33,263 nt of DNA from positions 1 to 33,263 of the forward strand of contig MEDY01000331.1 in NCBI GenBank assembly GCA_001724265.1. The letters are read 5' to 3'. Of the stretch, positions 12,914 to 22,282 are shown one piece after another. The first letter of the stretch is position 1. Every line of letters begins with the position of its first letter. The stretch comes from Rhizaria sp. SCN 62-66. Its lineage: Eukaryota. The position numbers and the translations under genes are program-made. The notes under the pieces were generated by a model. The model was not told where the DNA came from, did not search any database, and worked only from the letters and a program-made list of their open reading frames with translations.

Positions 12914-13930
12914 GGCGATCGTCTGCGGCAGCGAAAAGACACACGCACGGGAGCAGAAGCAAGAGCGGGCACAGTGGTGAGGTGAGCAAGGCAGCGAGAA
13001 ACAAAAGAAATTGAGGACCACAGCTGAGTCCGTTAAGGATATAAAGCAAAGAGGGCAGTGTAATACTAAGTGGTATTTGTTAAGGAAGTAAATAGAGACC
13101 CAGCGGAGTCTGGTCAAATCGTGCAGGGCAGAAAAGGTGTCTGCCGCCTGTTGCTCAACAAGGAGGGTAGGACGACCGGGCAAAGCTTACAGCAAGGGCA
13201 GTACTCCGCAAATAGGCCCGGCAATATGCGCCTCACATGAAGCGGCTCGTGGCGTTAAATACCACAAAAATTAGAATATTGCGGAGCTCGGCGCGGCGCT
13301 CTATAAACAAATATCTGATCTCCAAGGAGGCTAATCCCAACCGTCTAAGGGTGACTGACAGTGACCGTGAGCAGCGGGTCTAAGCGAGCTTTTGAACCTG
13401 TGATGTCCCCACGCAAAAGTAAGACGCTAAGATAAAAGCTGCATTAGAGAGTTATTTGTAACTGGTTCTATTATGCGTTTAAAAATAGGCTCTCTATATC
13501 GTGATTATGTTGGTAAACAGGCAGTCGTTACGAACTCCGGCCGCTCCGACTGTGGGTGAACAGATACACTGGCGAAGACGAGTTGAAAATGACAAAACAC
13601 ACGCATTATTAACCAGAACGAACTTACCCAGAGCTATATTCAAGATATGCTCTTAAAACTTGTCAGGCACAAACTGAGTCTGTATTATTATCTGCATAGA
13701 TACTTGAATTGTTGAGATATCATATGAAATAGCACTGTATACGTGACTTGCTGGCCCTATTTGTACATGCTGTCAACATGTCCCAGAGAGGCAAGATAGA
13801 GACCAGAGAAAGTCAAACTTGAGTATGACATCGCCGACAACACAAATCATGTGCATGTCTAACGAGCCCCGATATTGTCAACGTTTAAGAACAGTACACT
13901 CGCGTTTTGTGTTGTCACACATTGACTGCT

Positions 13931-14813
13931 TCAACTGCGCAGCGACTTGAGGAGCTGGTCTCTAGCCAGCGCCAGCGCCGACGAGAGCGAGTGCTCAACA
14001 CCTTGGTCGTCGAGGCTAGTCAGCTCGCGCGCAGACTCACGGGAAACGATGGCCTCCGCGTCGAGGTCGAGCAGCATACCGTCGTCGACGATGTCGTCGA
14101 TGGCCTGTGAGAAATGAAGGAAATAGAAAATAAACACATAATCAGAAGCATATAAGCTATTGATACAAAGAAAGAAAAAGCCAAATACAAATTTCTCTGC
14201 AATGCCTTTGCTTCAAAGAGACAAAATATCATTTGCGTGAGATATCGTTGTGTGAGCAGACACGTACGAGGAGGACGACGTCGAAGTTCTCGGTGAGAAG
14301 CTTGACATCGAGGGTCTTCTTCAGCAGGCCGGTGAGGGTGTCGCAAAGAGTGGTAAGCACAGTGGCAAGGAGAAGCTCGTTCTCGTCAAGACTGCCCTGC
14401 GAGGGTTGCAAATCAACAAATATCAAAGCCAGAGAGCGACACAAAGTAGGCGTGAGCAACGATGAAAAAGCAGTGACAATTCTACAAACAGGAGCGAAGC
14501 AAGGCCAGATTAAACTGAAGCAAGGCAGTGAGATTTGTGAAAGATATATACCGCAGTAACATACCAGGACGTAGATGTTGAAGTCCGAGTAGCAGCGGTA
14601 CATAATGATGTAGTCGCGGAACATCAGCACCTCGGGCTCCGAGTGGCGCTCCAGCGAGGCGATCTTCTCTGTCAGGTGGTGCTCGAACGAGATCTGGTCC
14701 GCCTGCGCCGACAGCGCGGGGTCATAATACTTGGTCGCGATACGAGCTCCGCTGCTTTCCAGAAGCAGGATACCGCTCACCATGGGCGCTTTGAGGACGT
14801 CGACGGTCGCCAT
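13931..14813 (-). CDS. COPZ1: Coatomer subunit zeta, 183 aa; complement(join(14565..14813,14268..14396,13931..14104))
   Basis: Longin/sigma-adaptin motifs GILLLESSGARIATKYY, GSLDENELLL, LTENFDVVLL|AIDDIVDDGMLL and C-terminal ALARDQLLKSL. Two phase-0 introns, 14397-14564 (GTATGT..CAG) and 14105-14267 (GTACGT..CAG). Stop TGA. Confidence 0.93.
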
Positions 14814-15257
14814 CTAGAGCAGGTTACAAGATGAGCAATGAGACGGAAACAAAGGAATGAGTTGATGGAGTTATTGATCGATTTTAGATGTGTAAAAAGA
14901 GAAATGAGTAAAAAACTGCCATTGAAATTCGAAATTCATGCTAGCATTTCGAGACAACGATCGGGATCAACATGATGCTCGGTGATTTTATCGCTCGCTT
15001 CGACTGACTCATCCATCCTCGATCGCCAGCCACAGCCAGTCAGCGACTCAAAAAACGTCATGAACAGACACACAAGTCATACTGAATGAGCGACGGCCAA
15101 AGTAAATATCGACTATTATGTATTAATCAAACATTTATAACTATATATCCACATTTTATATCGCTAAAGATCAGGCCTGACCAATAACATGATGGTTTAG
15201 TAATTTAGTGCTGAAGTATAGCAGACTAGAGCTGCGTCCACTGACGTGTGAGGTGGC

Positions 15258-16184
15258 TCAGTCATCAACGACGTTCGCGGCCGCAATGCGTGCCAGCCTC
15301 GCCGTGCGCGGGTGGCGCGGGATGACGTCCTCGAGCCACTCGGCCAGCACGGCCACGCCCGTCTTGTTCTTGGCAGAAGCGCCGAACGCGATGAAGTCGT
15401 GCCTGTACATCCCCGTCCCTGCCCCCGCCGCCGTACTATTGACGCTGTTCGCGGCCGCCGCAGTACTGCCGCTGGGCGGAAGCACGTGGCTTGACGCCGC
15501 ACGGCTCAGGCTGCCGGTCTGCATCTGTCCTTGCGCCGCCTGCTGCTGCTGTTGCTGCTGTTGCTGTTGCGTTTGGGAAGCGCCGTGGATGGTGACGGTG
15601 ATGGTCTAACTGTCGCTCCGATCACCTCTACCGTTGCCTCCATTCGCGCCGTTCTTGCCGTTGCCGTCGCTCGGCGCCGTGCGGATGACGTCCCCCGGCT
15701 GGAACACAAGCGCGGGCGAGAGCAGCTCCCACACGGCGAGCCAGTCGGTGACGGCGTGGGCCGTGTGCGCGCCCTGCTTGTCCTGCTTGTTGGCCACGAG
15801 CGCGACGGGGATGTCCGCCAGCACCTCGTTCTGCAGCAGCGCAACAAGCTCAGCGCGCGCCTCGGTAAGCCGGTCGACGTCGGCGGCGTCGATGAGGTAC
15901 ACCAGGGCGTGCGCGTCGGCGTAGTAATGCTCCCACAACGAGCGCAGCGACGTCTGGCCGCCTAAGTCCCAACACTGCGCCACCGACCGCGCGGTCAGCG
16001 GCAGCCGCGTGACGTTAAGCCCCACGGTCGGGATCACGCGCGGGGGCCGCTGGGAGGGGATCTTGGAGGCCGCTAGCTCGGCCACGAACGAGGTCTTGCC
16101 GGCGTTGTCGAGGCCCAGGACGAGGACGTTGTACGTGTCCTTGCGGGTCCACTCGTGATAAAACCCCGACAGCAGGGTGTACAT
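15258..16184 (-). CDS. ARFRP1: ARF-related protein 1 (yeast Arl3-like) small GTPase, with an in-frame TAG at 15606-15608
   Basis: MYTLLSGFY N-terminus (no Gly2, ARFRP1-type), GLDNAGKT, PTVGLN, WDLGGQTSLRSLWEHYY, ANKQD. The final strand, G5 motif and helix (RHDFIAFGASAKNKTGVAVLAEWLEDVIPRHPR) lie in the same frame beyond the TAG, ending at TGA 15258. Confidence 0.88.
15538..15570 (-). repeat. CAG/CAA poly-glutamine tract within the ARFRP1 insertion
   Basis: Plus strand ctgctgctgctgttgctgctgttgctgttg encodes about 10 Gln in the ARFRP1 frame downstream of the internal TAG. Confidence 0.8.
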
Positions 16185-16762
16185 GGCGCCGTCTGCGGGG
16201 TACGCGCTAAGACGAGACACACGCCAAAAAGCGGGAGGCGAAGCGAGGTGGAGGTATCTGCGGCAGGAGCAGAGTTCTCACTTAACGCGTCTAGCGGTTA
16301 GTGACTGACCAGGGTGAGCCAGGAAAGATCTGTGTGTGTAGTGTGATGAGGAAGACAAGACGTGTAATAACAAAAATGTCGCTGCTGCAGTGAGTTAAAC
16401 TCGGTGTCGTTGTTAGATTGAGCGTTGACGCTCGGGATAAGTCAAACATAAGATACCAGATTGACTCGTCATCAAGCTCTGGGTCCATCGGTCGGTCGGG
16501 CGATCGGCCCAGCGGCAAACGGTAGCCTTTTCTTCGGCACACATTTTCATTACCTTTCCATCATCAGATAGCAATGCCGCCTTGATTTCTATTCTAAACA
16601 CTTCTTGTGTTGCTTTTTCTTATTTTGTATTTTCGAACAAGAGTCGTTGATATGTGTATCTTCCCTGTTTCTTCCCCTCACTTGATCCTCTATTCTCTTA
16701 TCTCGCTCGATGCTCTTCTGTGCTTCCGCTGCTCTGCTACTCGTGCAGTCCGGGCGAGTAGA
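16185..16762. promoter_or_regulatory. Probable bidirectional promoter and 5' UTR region between divergent ARFRP1 and PAF1
   Basis: Head-to-head start codons about 580 bp apart; no convincing coding sequence between. Confidence 0.5.
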
Positions 16763-18856
16763 ATGGATCCCTCCCAAGCTCCCCGTCCTGCCTCTACTTC
16801 GGCGACGTCTTCGTCTTCGTCGTCGTCGTCCTCGAAGCCCAAGAGCTCTTCCTCTTCGTCTTCGTCTTCGAGCTCGAAGCCTTCGTCTTCCGCCAAGCCT
16901 TCCAGTAAGCCGACCGGCAAGCCCACGGGCAAGCCTGCGATCGACCCCAACGCGGACGGCGTCAAAAAGGCCAAGTCGCACTTTCTGTGCGAGCCCGAGT
17001 ACTTCAACTCGCTCCCGCGCGTTCCACAGCGGCCCAAAATGCTCCGCGTCCCGCACTCGGCCGCGCTGCTCGCGCTCACCACGTGCTACGACGACGACGC
17101 GCTCGACCTCGCGCTCCCCGTCGCCATCCACACGGACCGCTTCCACGGGCTCCCGCTGGACCCCGTCGACGGGGACCGGTACGTGTGGCCCGCGGCGCTG
17201 GGTCCGCGCGTGCTCGACCCGCTCGACGCCGACATCATCTCGCCCGACGTGCTCGCCGCCGCGCGCAACGCCGCGCGCGCCGACCTCGTGCTGCCTTCCT
17301 CGGCCATCGTCCACGCCGCCCGCGCCGCCGCCGCCCGCGGGGACGCCCCGCTGAGCGCGATCACGCGCCACGTACCGCCGGACACCAAGACGCGCCTGGC
17401 GAACATCGACGACGTGAAGCTGCGCTCCGAGGCCACGCGCGAGGCGCTCCGCGGCACGCGCGTCAACTACCTCAACCGTAACGACTACGCCGAGGACAAG
17501 GGCCTCTCGTGGGCGGCCGAGCAGGAGCTGATCAAGCGCGGCGAGGCCGAGGCCCGCGCGCGCGCCGCTGCGTCCGTGGCCGTCGACCCTGACGCCGGCA
17601 TGACGCTGCTGGAGCGCGTCGAGGCGTCGTTCACGCGCGCGCAGCAGCTGCCGAAGCACCCCACCAAGCCCGGATGCAAAGTCGTCGAGGTCTTGGACCT
17701 GCTGCCCGACACGTCGCTGTGCTTCGCGCCCGCGGCCGGCAGCGGCTTTGTGTGGGTCGACTTCACGCGCATCGAGGACGCCGCGCTCGACGCAGACACT
17801 GCCGCGCACCTGGGCCGCCTCCGCGACGCTACCACGGGGCCCGGCATGACCGCCGCCGCCGTGGCCGCGGCCGAGAAGAGCCTGCTCGAGGCCGCCCGCG
17901 CGGCGCGCGCTGAGACGGCCAAGCAGAGCCTGCTGGCGTGGACCTTCGTCAAGGACCGGCGCGCGCGCGGCGGCGCGGGGTTGGCGGCCAACGTGTCCTC
18001 CGGCACCGGCATCGGCGGCATGGGGCTGTACCGTCCCCGCACCGCGGCGCAGACCGCGGCGGCGCGTGCCGGCGTCAAGCGCGCGCGCGCCAGCGCCCGG
18101 ATGGGCGACGACGACGACGACAACGGCGGGGACGACGACAACGACTACGAGGATGAGGACGACGAGAACGTGGACGAGGACGCATTCGACGAGGATGCCG
18201 CCGCCGCGCGCGACGCCACCACGCGCGCCGGTCTCAGCACTGACTCGGACGCCGGGCTCGAGGATGACGACGACGACGACGACGATATGGAGGACGACGA
18301 CGAGTCAGGCTCCGGCGCGCACGCTCGTTCTTCGAAGCGCGCGAGCAAGGCCGAGGCGCGGCTGCAGGCCAAGCGCGCGCTGCTTTCGACGCTGGGCCGC
18401 GTCAAGAACACCCCGCAGGAGGCCGCGCGCGCGCTGGCCGAGGTCAGGGCGCTCAAGGCCGCGGGCGCCGCGGGCGCTGCCGCCGCGGCCGCGGCCGACG
18501 CCGCGCTGGCGGCGGACGGCACCGTAGTGACCGAGTGGGTGCGCGAGTTCACCCGCGCCCCCGTGGCGGACCTGGAGCGCGACGACAACATCTACCTCGT
18601 CTTCAGCGCCGGTGCCGCCGCGGCTGCCGCCGGCGGCGACGGCGCGACCGTGAGTGACGATGTGGCTGTTGACGGCGACGGTATCCGCCGCGGCGTGGTG
18701 CGCTACGGCCGCATGCGCCAGCGTGTCGCGCTGCGCAAGCGCATTGCCAACGCGCAGGATCCCTGCGACAAAATTATCAAGTCGCGCGCGTCGCATATCG
18801 TGCTCAAGCAGCAGAACCGCGCTGTTCCTGTCGCTGAGATTGAGGCGCAGCCTTGA
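16763..18856 (+). CDS. PAF1: RNA polymerase II-associated factor 1 homologue, ~697 aa, single coding exon
   Basis: FLCEPEYFNSLP..PQRPKML, HGLPLDPVD, LDPLDADII, VEASFTRAQQLPKHPTKPGCKVVEVLDLLPD and EWVREF match Paf1 family motifs. ATG 16763 follows a pyrimidine tract; stop TGA. Confidence 0.88.
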   Translation: MDPSQAPRPASTSATSSSSSSSSSKPKSSSSSSSSSSSKPSSSAKPSSKPTGKPTGKPAIDPNADGVKKAKSHFLCEPEYFNSLPRVPQRPKMLRVPHSAALLALTTCYDDDALDLALPVAIHTDRFHGLPLDPVDGDRYVWPAALGPRVLDPLDADIISPDVLAAARNAARADLVLPSSAIVHAARAAAARGDAPLSAITRHVPPDTKTRLANIDDVKLRSEATREALRGTRVNYLNRNDYAEDKGLSWAAEQELIKRGEAEARARAAASVAVDPDAGMTLLERVEASFTRAQQLPKHPTKPGCKVVEVLDLLPDTSLCFAPAAGSGFVWVDFTRIEDAALDADTAAHLGRLRDATTGPGMTAAAVAAAEKSLLEAARAARAETAKQSLLAWTFVKDRRARGGAGLAANVSSGTGIGGMGLYRPRTAAQTAAARAGVKRARASARMGDDDDDNGGDDDNDYEDEDDENVDEDAFDEDAAAARDATTRAGLSTDSDAGLEDDDDDDDDMEDDDESGSGAHARSSKRASKAEARLQAKRALLSTLGRVKNTPQEAARALAEVRALKAAGAAGAAAAAAADAALAADGTVVTEWVREFTRAPVADLERDDNIYLVFSAGAAAAAAGGDGATVSDDVAVDGDGIRRGVVRYGRMRQRVALRKRIANAQDPCDKIIKSRASHIVLKQQNRAVPVAEIEAQP

Positions 18857-20003
18857 ACTTGACTCTTTTGTAATGAACTGTTTATGACAGGGACATAGTT
18901 GTATTGTGGGATTTTAAGTGTGGGTTTGTATTGGTACGACTGTGTCACAACGCATGCTATGGTTTTGTGTTGTTTCGAGTGCACTAAGGGGCATATGCAT
19001 GCTCTTTCGTGACCGTTTGTTGTTGTTGCGCCCGCGCAGGCTTTCATGTGGCTATGGGGGCTAGAAAAGTGTGACACGGGCCAGAGCGAAATACATTATA
19101 ATCGATCCGTCTGGAGCGCATAATACGCCTTGCACAAGAAACCTCCGTTTGTGTAGGATATTATTTGTTATTTATACATGACGATCTTTGATCATGTCGT
19201 AACAAAGAAGGTCCGTAATTTTCTTGTTCCACACGTGCATTTTTGTCTTCCGTCACTGCTCTTGATTGGTCTCTGTACCTATCACTCGCTGCAGTACCAG
19301 CATGTTTTGCACATAAGATCAATAATGTGCCATTATTTTGATGTTGTGCGCTGCCATTGGTGCTTGGCATGCTTTTGTGCTGCTGTGGAGGTGCCGCGGT
19401 GTTCGATGCCCCCTTGCTGTCGTGCTGACGCTGCTCACAATCTTTAGCTCATAGCAGGCATTACTCGAAGTGTCAGGCACTGTCCACGCACCAGAGTATT
19501 GTAGGCTGCGTTTTGAGTGCGATATGCTGTGCCACATTTGAAGCTGGCGGTGTTGTTGCATGCATAAAGAGTCAACATCGACTGTCACTCTTCATGTTTG
19601 CTAACCAAGCTTTGCCGAGCCGCTATCAGAGCCAGAGTCATTGCATTAAGCGACGCATAACAGCATATGCAACTGTCGCATATGCCTACTGTTTGGAGCA
19701 GCCGCGTCATTGTCTGCAGCAGCGACTATGTGAGCTATTGTGCTTGGATATCGCCGCTGATGCAACATGAGCAACTGTGGTTCAACACGCGGAAAGAGCA
19801 CAGATAACACGCAACTTGCGTTGATGAGAGAGAATTTAATATTGGCTGTGTATGAGTATGCGGAGTATATAAGAATACCTGTCTATACGAATGATGCGGA
19901 CTAATAGCCCAATCTAACCTCTCACTTTCTCGTCTCATTCTTTGCTTAACACACGTGCATCGCTTGCACAAACACACCACAACCATAACACACGCCTGCA
20001 CAG

Positions 20004-21813
20004 ACCTTCGCGGTGGGCCTGACCGCGACGGTTATCATTGCGTCGCTGTTGCTTTTGCTGCGCACTGTCGCGTACAAAGCAGTTGCCACTTGTGCGGGCT
20101 CCTTTGCGGCTGGCTATCCGTACGTCTATTCCGTCAGCATATGTGTAAAGATTACAAAGAACTGCAAATTTGTTGTAATGTAGCAATGTGGAATTAACTT
20201 CGAGTTTTTATATTGATTTATTGAACTAAATTGAGTTAAACGGCTGATATTCAAATCTGCTATTCCCAAATATGCATCAACGACACTTTAGGAGCCGTGA
20301 AGTGAACCCCGATGTGACGCAGACCAACCTCGTCCCGCGCTACATCCGCACGTTTCTCACGAGCACCGGCGTGCTCACTGTCCTCTTTCTTGCTCTCGCG
20401 CGCTCGTTCTCGCTGGAACACGCAGCGCGCGCGCGCGCCGCCGCCGCCGCCACTGCACTCCTTGCGTCGCAACAGCACGAACCGCAACTCAAGTCCAATA
20501 GCCCTAGCTCTAGCTCAAGCTCGAGCTCTAGCTCTAGCGTGGCTGCGACTGGCCAGACGGATACTGCCGTGGCTACGCTGATTCCGCGCCGGCGTCGTTT
20601 GGTGTTTCTCGTGCTCGTTGCTATTGTCTCTTGTCTTGCGTTGTTCCCAGTTGTCTATCACGGTTACATCGCACCGCTCAAGGCGAGGTAAGTCCGCGCA
20701 TTGAGAGTAACATACTATACTTCACTATATTTGGTCTTAACATAGTGCTCTCACAATAATGCGTGTCATTGTGATGAGTTCTTTCAGGTGTTTTGTTAAT
20801 TTATGATCATTCATGTCAAATCATAATCTCACAACATTTGTTTTTCGTGTTTTGTTCGTTCGTGTAGGTCCAACGACTTCGAGTGCTCTTTGGGCACCAA
20901 CGGCGGCGCGGTGCCTCCCGGAGCCCTGTTGGCGTCCGACGTCTACGGTACACCTGAGCAAAAGAGCACCGATGTTGCGGCTGCAACGACACCCCCAGAG
21001 ACTACGAGCGACAGCGCAGGAGGCCTCAAGAGCGACAGCGCCGCTGCCCCCGCCCCGCCCGCGACCGCCGCCGCGGGGACTGCTGGCGGCGACGCTTCCC
21101 GTGCCAACGGCGGCGTGGGCCCCCTGATCCCCAACGGCGTCAGCGGCCACACCTACTACATCATCTGGGTTTGTCTCTGGGCCTGGTACGCGGGCGCGCT
21201 GGCCGCGGCGGCGCGCGCGACGGCGCGGCGGCTGCGCGCGGGCGGCGCCGTCAACGCGATTGCGGGCGCGGACAGCCCGGCTGCGACCGAGGGCGGCGCG
21301 GCGACTGGGACGAGGAGCAAGCTCGCAAGCGTGCCTCTGAGTGCCAGTGCCAGCGCGAGCGCGAGCGCGAGTGCTGCGACGGCGGAGGACGGTGTCGCCA
21401 GCGCTGAAGACGAACCCTTGCTTTCCCTATACCGCCGCACCGCCTCCAGCTGCGGCCGCCGCTCCGGCAACGCGGCCGCCACGGGCAGCGGCGGCGGCAG
21501 CGATGGCGGCGACAGCGGTGGCGGCGACTACGACGGCGATGTCGCCGGCGGCCGTGGCGGTGGCGGCGGTGCGTGTGCGCCCGTGTCCGGTGCCGTCCGG
21601 TCCCCGTCACTCGCGGTCACGCTGGCGCCGCTGCTGGTTTGGGGCTTGTGCGCGTGGGAGCTCTGGGTGACGGTTTATTACGCCTACCACAGCCCGCAGC
21701 AGGTGATGCTGGGCGCGGTGGCGAGTATCCTGCCCGTGCTTACAGTCATTTGGGCTGTGGACACCGCTAGGGTCGCCACTGCGGGCGCGGCGTGGGCCCG
21801 GAGGAAGGCGTGA
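20004..21813 (+). CDS. Multi-pass membrane protein of the FIT (Scs3/FITM)/PAP2 phosphatase fold; join(<20004..20119,20292..20687,20868..21813), first exon unresolved
   Basis: Two His motifs NGVSGHTYY and TVYYAYHSPQQVMLG resemble FIT DISGH and TxxYFH motifs; about six hydrophobic segments. Introns 20120-20291 (GTACGT..TAG) and 20688-20867 (GTAAGT..TAG), both phase 2, keep the frame. Exon 20004-20119 encodes TFAVGLTATVIIASLLLLLRTVAY and is absent from the ORF track. Confidence 0.65.
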
Positions 21814-22282
21814 GTGCGGGGCGTCAAGTGACAAGTTGGCGGGAAGTATATAAAGTTACATAGCAACCAAATTCGGCAATACACACTTTTTAGATTTAGT
21901 GTGCAAATAATATGCAGTCGATCCATGTCAAACTAAGGCACGTGTATTTCTCACAAGTTGAATCACAAACAAAAATATAAGTAAACTTGCAATCCGAGTA
22001 CAAACCGAGCGACGCGAGCATTCGCGCAGATATTATGGCCAATAGGCTTCTTAAACCTTAGCACCAAGCACTTGGCAACAAAACGCATCTTAGTACGATG
22101 ATTAACGCAACAGACCAACATGAACGTTCGACCTGTAACTTCAAAAGTGACAAGCATCGACCCAACAAACCGATGTGAAAGAAAGCATACAATCGCGTTC
22201 ACAACTTAACATTTTCTCACGACAAAAACAGACATTGACGTGGGTTACAGATCAGAGATGAGCTCTATCACGTTAATTTTAA

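Noticed and set aside
12923-13183. N-terminal extension of ORF 12167..13183
   Set aside because: Starts at TTG and passes through a pyrimidine-rich intron-like tract; only a weak donor (GTCTCT) could make part of it an exon.
15420-15640. Cryptic intron removing the ARFRP1 TAG
   Set aside because: Only weak donors (GTAGAG, GTGATC), no pyrimidine tract, and the sequence is GC-rich poly-Gln coding-like, unlike every other intron here; not formally excluded without RNA data.
18857-19660. Short ORFs downstream of PAF1
   Set aside because: AT-rich, no codon bias, no recognisable motifs; treated as UTR/intergenic.
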